From assembly GCA_964410505.1 (NCBI GenBank), contig CAYPGR010000002.1:15939-79938 (forward strand): 64,000 nucleotides of DNA, in the 5' to 3' direction. Positions within the stretch are counted from its first letter, which is position 1. Each line of letters opens with the position of its first letter. The position numbers and the translations under genes were made by a program. This DNA is from an uncultured Staphylococcaceae bacterium (GTDB lineage: Bacteria; Bacillota_I; Bacilli_A; RFN20; CAG-826). The notes beneath the pieces are model-generated. The model was not told the DNA's origin, did not search any database, and saw only the letters and a list, made by a program, of their open reading frames with translations. This document shows, in pieces, positions 17,572 through 28,045 of the stretch.

Positions 17572-18555
17572 ATGATTCTTGTGAGACATCATCATGAAGG
17601 AAACTATGAACCATATTTCTATTTTGCCCTTGAAGATTATTTACTCAATGAAGTTTTAAAAGATGGTGAATCTTACTTTTTTACTTGGGAAATCAAAGGG
17701 GTCGTGATTGGGAAAAATCAAATTATCGAAAATGAAGTTAATCTTGATTTTCTTAAAGCAAATGATATTAAGTTATTCCGACGCCCAACCGGTGGCGGGA
17801 CCGTCTATGCGGATGAAAATAATACGATGTTTTCAATGATTGCAAGACGTCAAGCTAACTTTAGTTTCAAGGAACATTTAAACCATATTATTAAAGCAGT
17901 AGAAAAACTTGGTGTTACCCTTGAATTCAGCGGACGTAATGACATCCTTTTCCAAGGAAAGAAAGTGTCAGGCAATGCCTTCTTACAAAATAAAAACGGC
18001 ATGTTACTTCATGGCACCTTTTTATATGATGCCAATCTAGAAACAATGATTCGGTCGATTACCCCGGATGATGAAAAATTGGTGAGTAAAGGGATTGAAA
18101 GTGTCCGGAGTCGGGTGACGAACCTCAAACCATATTTAGGTAGTATTACCCAGCGTCAATTGGTGGCGCATTTTGAAAAAGAAATTACCGATCAAGTTTA
18201 CACCCTATCGGATGAGGAAGTCGCCATGCTTAAAGAACGCGCTAAAAAATATGCCTCAAAGGCATGGATTTACCATCAACAAGCGGCTTACACCAAGAGT
18301 TTAAAAGCGCGGATTGGTGGCGGACTATTTAATCTCCAACTTTTACTCCAAGAGGGAAAGATTAAAGATTTCAACATTAGTGGCGATTTCTTTGAACTCC
18401 AACCGTTAACTGATTTCACACGGCAGTTTATCGATGTCTATTACAACAAAGAAAGTCTTGATGCCTTGCTATCAACTATTAACCTTAACGATTACTTTCT
18501 TGACGTGAATAAAGAGAGCTTCATAAATTTACTCTATTCCGGGATAATCGAGTAA
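17572..18555 (+). CDS. lplA: Lipoate-protein ligase A
   Basis: RRPTGGGTVYAD, GRNDI, KKVSGNA, HGTFL, SVRSRVTN. Confidence 0.95.
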   Translation: MILVRHHHEGNYEPYFYFALEDYLLNEVLKDGESYFFTWEIKGVVIGKNQIIENEVNLDFLKANDIKLFRRPTGGGTVYADENNTMFSMIARRQANFSFKEHLNHIIKAVEKLGVTLEFSGRNDILFQGKKVSGNAFLQNKNGMLLHGTFLYDANLETMIRSITPDDEKLVSKGIESVRSRVTNLKPYLGSITQRQLVAHFEKEITDQVYTLSDEEVAMLKERAKKYASKAWIYHQQAAYTKSLKARIGGGLFNLQLLLQEGKIKDFNISGDFFELQPLTDFTRQFIDVYYNKESLDALLSTINLNDYFLDVNKESFINLLYSGIIE

Positions 18556-18604
18556 AGTGGAAGAATTTCCCGCCCCGACATTAAATACATAAGGAGGAAA
18601 AGAC

Positions 18605-19693
18605 ATGTTATTTAAGAAATATGACCCCCAAAAAGGTCAAATGTTAAAGATCTTGGATGAAAAAGCCAATATTGTGGCCAAAGACCTTGATCCAAAACTT
18701 GATAAAGAGACATTACTTAGAATGTATGAAGTAATGCATTTAGCGCGTGTAGCCGATATTAAAGCGCTTCAATTCCAACGCCAAGGACGGATGCTAACTT
18801 TCGCCCCAAACCGTGGCCAAGAGGCAACGCAAGTGGGTGCGATGGCGGCACTCGAACCAAAGGACTGGTTAAGTCCCGCGTTCCGTGAATTACCCGCCAT
18901 GTTATATCGCGGTGTCCCGCTTGAAAATATATATTTATATTGGTACGGCAATGAATGGGGTAGCCACATTGACCCCGCCCTTCATACCTTACCAGTCAAT
19001 ATTATTATTGGTTCGCAAATTAACCACGCAGCAGGGATTGCCTATGCCAGTAAAATTCTTAAAAAAGGTGAAGTGGCCCTCGCTACAATTGGTGATGGTG
19101 GAACTTCACACGGTTTCTTCTATGAAGGCTTAAACTTTGCTGGATCTTATGATGCTCCGCTTGTGGTCTTAATTCAAAATAACCAATGGGCGATTAGTAC
19201 TCCACGTAAAAAACAAACAAAAGCCGTTACTTTGGCGCAAAAAGCAGTTGCTTTTGGTATTCCAGGCATTCAAGTTGATGGCAATGATATTCTTGCCATG
19301 TATGTCGCTACGAAAGCGGCGGTTGATCATGCTCGTGCCGGCAATGGTCCGGTCTTAATTGAGGCCGTTACCTATCGTCTTGGAGCCCATACGACGAGTG
19401 ATGATCCAACGATTTATCGGAGTAATGACGAAGTTGCGATTTGGGAAGCCAAAGAACCAATGATTCGCTTTAAGAAATACCTTGAAGACCTTGGTTATTG
19501 GGATGATGCCCAAGAAGCTGCATTGGAAGTGAAACATAATGAGTATGTTAATGAAGTGTTTAAGAAAGTTGAAACCGAATTAGGGGCCGCTAAACTTGAA
19601 GATGTCTTTAAGTATACTTACGCCGAGATGACCCCCGCCCTTGAAGAACAACTTGAAGCATATAAAGACTTCTTAGCAAAAGGAGGGAAATAA
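18605..19693 (+). CDS. pdhA: Pyruvate dehydrogenase E1 alpha subunit
   Basis: QRQGRM, GDGGTS...NNQWAIS TPP-binding motif, YRLGAHTTSDDP. Confidence 0.95.
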   Translation: MLFKKYDPQKGQMLKILDEKANIVAKDLDPKLDKETLLRMYEVMHLARVADIKALQFQRQGRMLTFAPNRGQEATQVGAMAALEPKDWLSPAFRELPAMLYRGVPLENIYLYWYGNEWGSHIDPALHTLPVNIIIGSQINHAAGIAYASKILKKGEVALATIGDGGTSHGFFYEGLNFAGSYDAPLVVLIQNNQWAISTPRKKQTKAVTLAQKAVAFGIPGIQVDGNDILAMYVATKAAVDHARAGNGPVLIEAVTYRLGAHTTSDDPTIYRSNDEVAIWEAKEPMIRFKKYLEDLGYWDDAQEAALEVKHNEYVNEVFKKVETELGAAKLEDVFKYTYAEMTPALEEQLEAYKDFLAKGGK

Positions 19694-19694
19694 G

Positions 19695-20672
19695 ATGGCT
19701 GTTATTAATCTATTAGAAGCAATCAACCAAGCCCTTGATCAAAAACTTGCCGATGATAGTCGGATCGTTGTTTTTGGTGAAGATGCTGGTTTTGAAGGTG
19801 GTGTCTTCCGTGTCACTGCCGGTTTACAAAAAAAATATGGCGAAGACCGGGTCTTTGATACCCCAATTGCCGAAGCTGCGATTATCGGGAGTGCATTTGG
19901 GATGTCCTTAAATGGCCTCTTACCGGTGGCAGAAATTCAGTTTGATGGTTTTATCTTTACCGGCATTGCTGAACTTGTCAGTCACGTCGCCCGTTACCGT
20001 AACCGTACGAGAGGGGCGTTTAGTGTGCCACTCGTCTTAAGAATTCCCGTTGGTGGCGGTATTAAAGCACTTGAACACCATAGTGAAAGCTTAGAATCAC
20101 TCCTTGGTCAAATACCAGGCCTAAAAGTCGTGACGCCGAGTACCCCATATGACGCTAAAGGTTTACTGATTAGTGCCTTAGAAGACCCAGATCCAGTCGT
20201 CTTTTTAGAGCCAAAACGTATTTATCGGGCAGGGAAGCAAGAAGTGCCTGAAGAAATGTATCGCATTCCGATTGGTAAGGCTAAGGTCGTGCAAGAAGGA
20301 AAAGATATTACGGTGGTGGCCTGGGGAGCGATGGTTCGGGAAACTGAAAAAGCCATTAAATTATTAGAAAATGACAATATTAGTGTTGAACTTATTGATT
20401 TACGGACCATTAGTCCAATTGACAGTGAAACGATTATCAAGAGTGTGCAAAAAACAGGCCGATTCCTCGTTGTTTCTGAAGCGGTCAAAACGTATGGTGC
20501 AGCCGCAGAGCTTATTGCCCTTGTGAATGAAAAAGCATTCCTCCATCTTGAATCGCCAAGTGCAAGGGTGACCGGTCATGATATTACGGTGCCACTCGCC
20601 CGTGGTGAACATTTCCACTTTGTTAGTCCGGAACGAATTAGCGACGCCATTAAAAAGAGCGTTCGGTTCTAG
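19695..20672 (+). CDS. pdhB: Pyruvate dehydrogenase E1 beta subunit
   Basis: FGEDAGFEGGVFR, DTPIAE, EHHSES, DPVVFLEPK. Confidence 0.95.
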   Translation: MAVINLLEAINQALDQKLADDSRIVVFGEDAGFEGGVFRVTAGLQKKYGEDRVFDTPIAEAAIIGSAFGMSLNGLLPVAEIQFDGFIFTGIAELVSHVARYRNRTRGAFSVPLVLRIPVGGGIKALEHHSESLESLLGQIPGLKVVTPSTPYDAKGLLISALEDPDPVVFLEPKRIYRAGKQEVPEEMYRIPIGKAKVVQEGKDITVVAWGAMVRETEKAIKLLENDNISVELIDLRTISPIDSETIIKSVQKTGRFLVVSEAVKTYGAAAELIALVNEKAFLHLESPSARVTGHDITVPLARGEHFHFVSPERISDAIKKSVRF

Positions 20673-20679
20673 GAGGTAG

Positions 20680-21954
20680 ATGATGTACGATTTTAAATTT
20701 AGTGATATCGGCGAAGGGCTCCATGAAGGAAAAATTCTTAAATGGAACTTTAAAGTCGGTGATAAAGTCAAAGAAGGCGATACATTAGTCGTTGTTGAAA
20801 CCGATAAAGTTAACGCCGAGTTACCCTCTCCCGTCAACGGGATTATTGTCAAACTCGGGGCGGCAGAAGGCGAAATTATTCACGTTGGTGAAACGGTTGT
20901 CCTCATTGATGATGGTAAAGGTGGTCGTGTGGGAGCGGAAACTAAAGCTGCATCACCAGCTGCTGAACCTGTGAGCGAAGAAAGTGCGCCGGGCGTCATT
21001 GGTGAAATTCAAGTCTCCAGTGAAATTATTGGTGCGAGTAGTGAAAGTGTCGTGAAAAATGAGGTCAAACAAGCCCGTGTACTAGCAACTCCTGCTGCGA
21101 GAAAAGTAGCGCGTGATCTCGGGGTTGACATCCAAACTGTAAGAGGAAGCGGACCAAGTGGCCGGGTGATGAAGGCTGATATTGAAAAAGTCGCTATTGG
21201 TGCAACCACTGTGACTACAAGTGTCCCTGTTATGCCCGTTAATGTTTCCCGGCAAGGAGATGTGACAATTGTCCCGATTACTAAACTTCGGAAATCCATT
21301 GTTAAAGCAATGACGATTTCTAAACAAGTCATACCACATACCGTTTTAATGGATGAAGTGGTGATTGATGACTTAGTCTCCCTTCGCGATCGAGCGAAAG
21401 TGAGTGCCAGTCAAAAAGGCATTAAACTGACGTATATGGCGTTTATTATTAAGGCCACAACACTTGCTTTAAGGGAATTCCCAATGTTTAACGCCAGTTT
21501 TGACCATATCAAAGAAGAAGTTATTATTAAAAATTATTTAAATATTGGGATTGCAGTTGATACCCCTGACGGTCTCATTGTGCCAAATATTAAGGATGCC
21601 GATGCAAAAAGTATCTTTACTTTAGCTAAAGAATTAACGGAAATCGCAACCTTGACGAGAGAGCGCAAAATTCAACTCGCAAGTTTACAAAATACGACCT
21701 TTACGATTACGAATTTTGGAGCCATGGATATTGCCTTTGGGACCCCAATCATTAACCATCCTGAAGTCGGTATTTTGGGTGTCGGAAAGATTGGCCAAAA
21801 ACCAGTGGTACGCGATGGGGCACTTGTGATCGCCCATGTCTTACCACTTAGCATTGCCGTTGATCATCGGATTATTGATGGTGCGGATGCGGGTCGTTTC
21901 TTAATTAGAGTGAAAGAGTTATTAGGTAATCCCGACTTAATGTTACTCGGTTAA
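20680..21954 (+). CDS. pdhC: Dihydrolipoamide acetyltransferase E2
   Basis: Lipoyl ETDKV, E3-binding ATPAARK...GSGPSGRV, DHRIIDG. Confidence 0.95.
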   Translation: MMYDFKFSDIGEGLHEGKILKWNFKVGDKVKEGDTLVVVETDKVNAELPSPVNGIIVKLGAAEGEIIHVGETVVLIDDGKGGRVGAETKAASPAAEPVSEESAPGVIGEIQVSSEIIGASSESVVKNEVKQARVLATPAARKVARDLGVDIQTVRGSGPSGRVMKADIEKVAIGATTVTTSVPVMPVNVSRQGDVTIVPITKLRKSIVKAMTISKQVIPHTVLMDEVVIDDLVSLRDRAKVSASQKGIKLTYMAFIIKATTLALREFPMFNASFDHIKEEVIIKNYLNIGIAVDTPDGLIVPNIKDADAKSIFTLAKELTEIATLTRERKIQLASLQNTTFTITNFGAMDIAFGTPIINHPEVGILGVGKIGQKPVVRDGALVIAHVLPLSIAVDHRIIDGADAGRFLIRVKELLGNPDLMLLG

Positions 21955-21964
21955 GGAGGAACTT

Positions 21965-23335
21965 ATGATATATGATATTTTAGTTTTGGGCGCCGGACCC
22001 GGCGGCTATGTAGCCGCCATCAAGGCCGCTCAATTAGGCGCGAAAGTCGCCATTATTGAGAAAGAAAAAGTTGGCGGAATATGCCTTAATCACGGGTGTA
22101 TTCCGACAAAAACCCTCTTAAAGAGTGCGAAGGTTTTTCAAACTGTTCAAAAAGCGGACACTTTTGGCGTTATCGTTGATGGCAAAGTAAGTGTGGATCT
22201 TGAGGCGATGGTAGCGCGCAAAAATAGAGTGGTTACCCAGCTCACAAGTGGCGTTGCTTATCTACTTAAGAAAAACAATGTCGATGTGATTAATGGCTAT
22301 GGCGAAGTGCTTAGTGCCCATCAAGTACAAGTTGGAACGACGGTTTATGAAACGAAAAAGTTAATTATCGCGACCGGTGGTTCCCCAGTTGTGCCACCGA
22401 TTGAAGGTGTCAAAGAAGGCTTCGATAAAGGCTATGTTGTGACGAGTCGTGAAATGTTAACGGTTACCAAACAACCTAAAAACCTTGTCATTGTTGGTGG
22501 AGGCGTGATCGGGGTTGAGTTTGCAACCATCTTCGCAAGTATTGGCACGAAAGTTTCTATTATTGAAATGATGCCAACGATCTTACCGATGATTGATGAA
22601 GACATCACAAAGGCTTATACGAAATCACTACGCGAGTTAGGGGTCGATGTGATTACCGGCGCGCAGGTGGTGGCTGTTAATGAAAGTTACGTCAAATATA
22701 AGTTAAATGACGCTACCAATACGGTGACCTCTGATTTAGTCCTTCTCGCTGTTGGCACAAAAGCTAATAGTGGCGGACTTGAAAAGCTTAAACTTGAAAT
22801 GAATCGCGCTAATATTGTGACGGATGAATATCTTCGTACAAGTGTTAGGGATGTCTACGCCATAGGCGATGTTAACGGTAAGTACATGCTTGCTCACGTT
22901 GCTAGTCATGAAGCAATCATCGCTGCCAGTCATGCGCTTGGTAAACCAACGATTGCAATGGATTATCAAAAAGTACCGCAAGCGATCTATGGTTCACCAG
23001 AAATCGCAAGTGTTGGCTTAACGGAAAAGGAGGTAAAGGAAAAGAAGATTGATTATAAGGTCTCTACTTTCCCGCTTAGTGCTTCCGGTAAGGCACTTGC
23101 TGATGCTGAAAAAGAAGGGTTTGTAAAACTCATCGTGGACAAAAAACATAATGAACTTCTTGGTGCGCATATCTATGCTTATCATGCGACCGAACTCATC
23201 AGTGAGCTGGTCCTTGGTTTGAACTTAGAAGTAACGGCTGAAGAATTAGCAGCAAGTATTCATCCGCATCCAAGTCTTTCAGAAATCATTATGGAAGCAA
23301 GTCTCGGCGCTGAACATAAAGCCATTCATATTTAA
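21965..23335 (+). CDS. pdhD: Dihydrolipoamide dehydrogenase E3
   Basis: GAGPGG, GGICLNHGCIPTK, HPHPSLSE. Confidence 0.96.
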   Translation: MIYDILVLGAGPGGYVAAIKAAQLGAKVAIIEKEKVGGICLNHGCIPTKTLLKSAKVFQTVQKADTFGVIVDGKVSVDLEAMVARKNRVVTQLTSGVAYLLKKNNVDVINGYGEVLSAHQVQVGTTVYETKKLIIATGGSPVVPPIEGVKEGFDKGYVVTSREMLTVTKQPKNLVIVGGGVIGVEFATIFASIGTKVSIIEMMPTILPMIDEDITKAYTKSLRELGVDVITGAQVVAVNESYVKYKLNDATNTVTSDLVLLAVGTKANSGGLEKLKLEMNRANIVTDEYLRTSVRDVYAIGDVNGKYMLAHVASHEAIIAASHALGKPTIAMDYQKVPQAIYGSPEIASVGLTEKEVKEKKIDYKVSTFPLSASGKALADAEKEGFVKLIVDKKHNELLGAHIYAYHATELISELVLGLNLEVTAEELAASIHPHPSLSEIIMEASLGAEHKAIHI

Positions 23336-23347
23336 TACATCTAGATG

Positions 23348-23373
23348 CCTCTGGTTGACGCCAGAGGTTTTTT
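23348..23373 (+). terminator. Intrinsic terminator of the pdh operon
   Basis: CCTCTGG-ttgacg-CCAGAGG followed by T6. Confidence 0.85.
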
Positions 23374-23493
23374 CTTTTCGTGAATTGCAACATATCTTCG
23401 CCCCTCTTTTACATTTCTTTATTGCATTTTATTTACATTAGTACTTTTCTTTTATATAATTAAGATATAGTTTTACAGATCAAAGGAGATTAT

Positions 23494-24321
23494 ATGAAAA
23501 AATGTATTTTATACACTTCATTAAGTGCTTTTGTGTTAACCCTATTAGGTGTTCTTCTCGGATTTGTAGGGAACGGTGCGCTCTTTAGTGGTGCAATCGC
23601 AGAACTTACTGCTCTGTTTCCACTTTTATGGTATGTGATTATTCCGCCAGGCGTATTCTTATTACTGATTGTTATCGTTCTCATAATTAAAATTAAACGT
23701 AGAGTGCGTATGCTTTGGGTACCACTTTTCAGTTTAATCTCTATATTGGCTTATTTACTTTTGATCCCGAAAGCTTTTACAGAATTAATCACGACTAATA
23801 CGCCACCTACGAGTTTATATTTCACAACTGGTGCAGGATTAGTTTTCATCGGTTTTGTTGCTTTACTCGTCCTTCTCATTTGCGACTTGTTTGATCGTAA
23901 GAAAAAGGAAGATGAAGAAGCCCTCGAAATTGAAGAAGAACAATACGAAGTGATTGAAGAAGAACCTAAGGTTAAACCTGTCACTGCAAAGGTTGAATAC
24001 CTTGACGAAGAGGTTGAAGACGAAGAGGGATTTGAACTTGAATCACCGGACGAAGCGATGCAACGCAAAGCGGATGCTAAAAAAGCTAAATTAAAAACAA
24101 AAGATGAAAAAGATAAAGAATATGATCGTATCTATCATATTATGAAACGGGCAAAAGACGATCGGTGGATTGTGAAAATTGCCCAAAGCCGGAAGGCGAT
24201 TAAAATCTTTGATACGCAAAAAGAAGCGATTACTTATGCAGAAGGGCTCGCTGGTAACAACAATGGAGTTGTACGTATCTTCGCCTCAAAAGGCGCCAAC
24301 AAAGGGCGCATTATTACTTAG
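23494..24321 (+). CDS. Membrane protein with an acidic linker and a C-terminal DUF2188-like domain
   Basis: Four hydrophobic segments, an E/D-rich linker, then YHI...RWIVKIAQSRKAIKIFDTQKEAITYAEGLA. Confidence 0.65.
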   Translation: MKKCILYTSLSAFVLTLLGVLLGFVGNGALFSGAIAELTALFPLLWYVIIPPGVFLLLIVIVLIIKIKRRVRMLWVPLFSLISILAYLLLIPKAFTELITTNTPPTSLYFTTGAGLVFIGFVALLVLLICDLFDRKKKEDEEALEIEEEQYEVIEEEPKVKPVTAKVEYLDEEVEDEEGFELESPDEAMQRKADAKKAKLKTKDEKDKEYDRIYHIMKRAKDDRWIVKIAQSRKAIKIFDTQKEAITYAEGLAGNNNGVVRIFASKGANKGRIIT

Positions 24322-24327
24322 GGTATT

Positions 24328-24356
24328 AAGGCATCTTCGATTGAAGGTGCCTTTTT
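24328..24356 (+). terminator. Intrinsic terminator
   Basis: AAGGCATCTTC-gatt-GAAGGTGCCTT followed by T-tract. Confidence 0.85.
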
Positions 24357-24391
24357 ATGTATTGCTAACTAGATAGAAAGGAAATGATAGT

Positions 24392-24943
24392 ATGGCAAAA
24401 ATTATTATTATCTCTGGTGATCTCGCATCCGGGAAAAGTGTTCTCGCAAAGAGACTTTCTCGGCATTACCAAATCCCTTATTTTTCAAAAGCGAAATTTA
24501 AGGAAATTCTCGGCGAGAAGATTGAATTCGAAGGGATTGATCAAAATAAACGGATTTCTAAATCTGCTTATGATCTATTAACCCACGTGGCATGGCGTTT
24601 TGCGCAAGTCCATGGCAGCGTTATTCTTGAAGCAAACTTCCATGAAGCCCAACTTGAACAAATTAAAAAAGACGCCGAATTCATGAATCACAAATTAGAA
24701 CTTGTTTATTTAACTGGCGATATTGATGTGTTGTTTGAACGCTTCCTTTACCGTGAACATTATGAAAATCGTCACCCCGTCCACTTAACCCATCCACTCC
24801 GTTCGCTTGAAGAGTTTGAAGCCTATATCTTAAAACTCCGCAGCGAAAAAGAAATTATTACACGTAAAATGTTAGACACGACCAATTGCGACCATGAGAT
24901 GATCTTTGAAAAAGCGATCAAACTCATTGGTGGTCTTGACTAA
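24392..24943 (+). CDS. P-loop nucleotide-kinase-like protein (AAA_33-like)
   Basis: IIIISGDLASGKS Walker A, VILEANF, RFLYRE lid-like motif. Confidence 0.7.
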   Translation: MAKIIIISGDLASGKSVLAKRLSRHYQIPYFSKAKFKEILGEKIEFEGIDQNKRISKSAYDLLTHVAWRFAQVHGSVILEANFHEAQLEQIKKDAEFMNHKLELVYLTGDIDVLFERFLYREHYENRHPVHLTHPLRSLEEFEAYILKLRSEKEIITRKMLDTTNCDHEMIFEKAIKLIGGLD

Positions 24944-24954
24944 AAGGGGAGATT

Positions 24955-27021
24955 ATGAGTTATACAACAGAGAAAATTAGAAATATATTATTCTTAGGCC
25001 ATCAAGGTTCTGGGAAAACAACGCTTGTTGAAACGATTATTAGTAATGTCTTAAATCAACCAGCGGGATCAATTGAAAAGAAGAATACAGTGAGTGATTT
25101 TACGACCGAAGAAAAAAATCGCCTCAGTTCTTGTTCTTTAACGGTTTCCTCGCTCGATTATAATGGTTACCATTTAAATTTATTAGATGCTCCGGGTAAT
25201 GATGACTTTGTGGCTGATATTATTGGTGTCCTTGATATGGTTAAGGCCGCGGTACTTGTCATTGACGCCACCAAAAAAATCGAAGTCGGGACTGTCAAAC
25301 ACTACAATATGCTTAAGAAGCACGGGATTCCGACCTTCATCTTTGTTAATAAAATGGACAAGGAACTCATTAATTTTGATGCTTTACTTGAACAAATCAC
25401 CGATCGACTTGGTAAAAAAGCGGTTAGCTTCGTCTATCCACTTGGGAAAAATGAAAATTTCGATGGCTTTATCAATGTGATTTCTCGTAAAGCTCGCAAA
25501 TATGATGGTGGCAATGTCGTCGATGATATCGTGCATGATGATAAAAAGGAAAAAGTTCTTGAACTCCATAACGCTTTAGCCGAGCAAGTCGCGTTAACCG
25601 ATGATGCCCTCCTTGATAAGTTCTTTAGTGGTGAATCGTTATCGATGGAAGAAATACGAGCAGGTCTTCACAAAGCCGTCTTGGGTGGAGAAATTGCACC
25701 AGTCCTCGTTGGGAGTAGCGTTAAAAATATTGGCGTGAATACGTTACTTGAAATGATGATTGAGTATTTGCCAAATCCAGCGATTCTTAAAGCTTATGTG
25801 GGCAAAGATCGGAATGGCCATGAGGTCAAACGATTAACTGACGTCAATGAACCCTTTAGTGCTTACGTCTTTAAAACGGTCTTTGATCAATATAAGGGCG
25901 TAACGAATTACCTCAAAATTATAAGCGGTGTACTAAATGTTGGTGATGAAGTTTTTGTCCCTGCTCTTAATAACTCATTCCGCGTTTCGCAAATGTTTAG
26001 CCTCCTTGGCCAAAAACAAACGCCAATTCAAAGCGCGATCAGTGGTGATATTGTTGCCCTTGTTAAACTTGATAACGTGAATACAGGACACACATTATGT
26101 GATAAAAATAATGTCATTATTTATCCAAAAGCTAAATATCCGACGATTGTATATCGCCGCGGTATTCGCTCAAAAACGGGTAAAGATGATGAAAAACTTG
26201 TCCAGTCACTTTATAAAGTCGCCGCCGAAGATCCGACCATTGAAATTGTACGCGTTCCTGAAACGAAACAATTACTCCTTGGTGGCTTAAGTGACTCGCA
26301 CTTAAACTTCATCCTTGAACGTGTTAAGAATAGTTTTGGGTTTGAAGCTGTCACTGATCAACCCCAAATTATATATCGCGAGACGGTTAAAAAAGAAGCG
26401 AGTGCGGTCGGGCGTTATGTGAAGCAATCGGGCGGTAGCGGCTTCTACGGTGTCGTGGAGATGCGCTTTATGCCAAGCGGCACCGACGAAAATATATTTG
26501 TCGAAGAAATCTTTGGGGGAACCGTTCCTAAAAACTATCACCCTGCGGTCGAAAAAGGATTCTTTGAAAGTGTCCAACAAGGTTTACTAGCCGGGTTCCC
26601 AGTCATTGGTTTAAAAGGGGTCCTCTTTGACGGTAAATATCATTCCGTCGACTCAAATGAACAAGCCTTTAGAATGGCGGCCATCTTAGCGTATAAAGAA
26701 GCCTATATGAAATGTGGGCCAACCTTACTTGAACCGATTCGAAAGATTTCCATAAATGTCACCAATGAATGGACTGGTAACGTTATGAATGACTTGAATC
26801 AACGGCGGGCCCGCATTCTCAGTATGGATGAAAAAGGGTATGGGATTCAAGAAATTGTCGCCTTAGTGCCAGAAGCAGAATTACTTGATTATGCGATTAA
26901 ATTACGGGTGTTAAGTCAAGGAAGTGGTTACTTTAATAGTGAATTTGATAGCTATCAAGAAGTACCAGCAAACTTATTACAGTCCGTCATAAGTGCAAAT
27001 AGTCGTTTAGAAAATAAATAA
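24955..27021 (+). CDS. Elongation factor G paralogue (EF-G2/FusA2 type)
   Basis: GHQGSGKT, DAPGNDDF, NKMD, KQSGGSG, DGKYHSVDSNE, PTLLEPI; G2 and G3 are divergent. Confidence 0.88.
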   Translation: MSYTTEKIRNILFLGHQGSGKTTLVETIISNVLNQPAGSIEKKNTVSDFTTEEKNRLSSCSLTVSSLDYNGYHLNLLDAPGNDDFVADIIGVLDMVKAAVLVIDATKKIEVGTVKHYNMLKKHGIPTFIFVNKMDKELINFDALLEQITDRLGKKAVSFVYPLGKNENFDGFINVISRKARKYDGGNVVDDIVHDDKKEKVLELHNALAEQVALTDDALLDKFFSGESLSMEEIRAGLHKAVLGGEIAPVLVGSSVKNIGVNTLLEMMIEYLPNPAILKAYVGKDRNGHEVKRLTDVNEPFSAYVFKTVFDQYKGVTNYLKIISGVLNVGDEVFVPALNNSFRVSQMFSLLGQKQTPIQSAISGDIVALVKLDNVNTGHTLCDKNNVIIYPKAKYPTIVYRRGIRSKTGKDDEKLVQSLYKVAAEDPTIEIVRVPETKQLLLGGLSDSHLNFILERVKNSFGFEAVTDQPQIIYRETVKKEASAVGRYVKQSGGSGFYGVVEMRFMPSGTDENIFVEEIFGGTVPKNYHPAVEKGFFESVQQGLLAGFPVIGLKGVLFDGKYHSVDSNEQAFRMAAILAYKEAYMKCGPTLLEPIRKISINVTNEWTGNVMNDLNQRRARILSMDEKGYGIQEIVALVPEAELLDYAIKLRVLSQGSGYFNSEFDSYQEVPANLLQSVISANSRLENK

Positions 27022-27041
27022 TTCAGTCGTAAATGATACGG

Positions 27042-27078
27042 AAACACTCTACGTTTAAAGGCGTGGAGTGTTTTTTAT
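27042..27078 (+). terminator. Intrinsic terminator
   Basis: AAACACTCTACG...CGTGGAGTGTTT followed by T-tract. Confidence 0.8.
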
Positions 27079-27142
27079 TTTATTTAGTTACTTTTTTAAC
27101 ACAAAGCATGTAAAATTAGTTACTATAATCTTGAGGTAAAAA

Positions 27143-28045
27143 ATGAATAAATTAACATTCAGAGACATTAAAAAAACAGACTACAAAGATGCCAATATTG
27201 TCTTCACTGGAATCCCATTTGATGACAATGCGAGTCTTGGTAAAGGGGCAAGTCACGCCCCAGCCTTTTTACGAGCTTTAAGTGAAAATATTCCGGGCGT
27301 CACCCGCGCTGCAAAACTATTAGATAAGGTTTCTTTATTTGATAATGGCGATATCGTCCGCAAAGAAAAAGAATCGATTCCAAGCTATTTTAACCGCGTT
27401 GAAAAGGCCGTTTCACCTCTTTTTGCGCCTGGTAAGTTAAATGTCTTTATTGGGGGTGACCATAGTGTCAACATTCCCCTCTTTAAGGCTTTTTTATCAT
27501 TTTGTGACCTTCATCACAAAACACCAGTCTTAATCCATATTGACGCCCATCCCGATATGATGGATGATTATCTAGATAACCGCCTTTCCCACGCCACCCC
27601 AGCCCGTCGGGCTTTAGATCACGGCTTGAAGCAAGAAAACCTTGTTTTTATTGGTCTTCGTGGTTTTGAACGGGAAGAAGTTGTATATTTTAATGAAAAT
27701 CCGGCGATTACGGTTTACCTTGCCGGTGATGTTCGTCGTCTAGGCACGAGTCCCATCATTGAAAGTGTCACCAAACGTTTTCAAAGCGATGAGTATGCCA
27801 TTTATGTAAGTTATGATATCGACGCGAATGATCCAGCTTACGCCCCAGGGACAGGCACACCAGAAGCTTTCGGACTTAAAAGTCTTGATACCTTACGGTT
27901 AACAAGTGCATTCGTGGCTTTAAAAAACACCTACGCCATTGATTTTGTCGAAATCAGTCCGCCACTTGATGTCAATGATATGACAAGTTGGCTTGCCTTA
28001 AAAACACTTTATGAACTATTTTATATTCAAGGAGAAAAAAGATAA
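27143..28045 (+). CDS. Ureohydrolase (agmatinase/arginase family)
   Basis: GGDHS, HIDAHPD, SYDIDANDP and APGTGTPE; the Mn ligands are present. The N-terminal GIPFD...GASHAP motif is agmatinase-like. Confidence 0.88.
   Translation: MNKLTFRDIKKTDYKDANIVFTGIPFDDNASLGKGASHAPAFLRALSENIPGVTRAAKLLDKVSLFDNGDIVRKEKESIPSYFNRVEKAVSPLFAPGKLNVFIGGDHSVNIPLFKAFLSFCDLHHKTPVLIHIDAHPDMMDDYLDNRLSHATPARRALDHGLKQENLVFIGLRGFEREEVVYFNENPAITVYLAGDVRRLGTSPIIESVTKRFQSDEYAIYVSYDIDANDPAYAPGTGTPEAFGLKSLDTLRLTSAFVALKNTYAIDFVEISPPLDVNDMTSWLALKTLYELFYIQGEKR

Noticed and set aside
27084-27124. Direct repeat TTAGTTACT (two copies) in the agmatinase promoter
   Set aside because: Only two AT-rich copies 32 nt apart, with no matching known operator.
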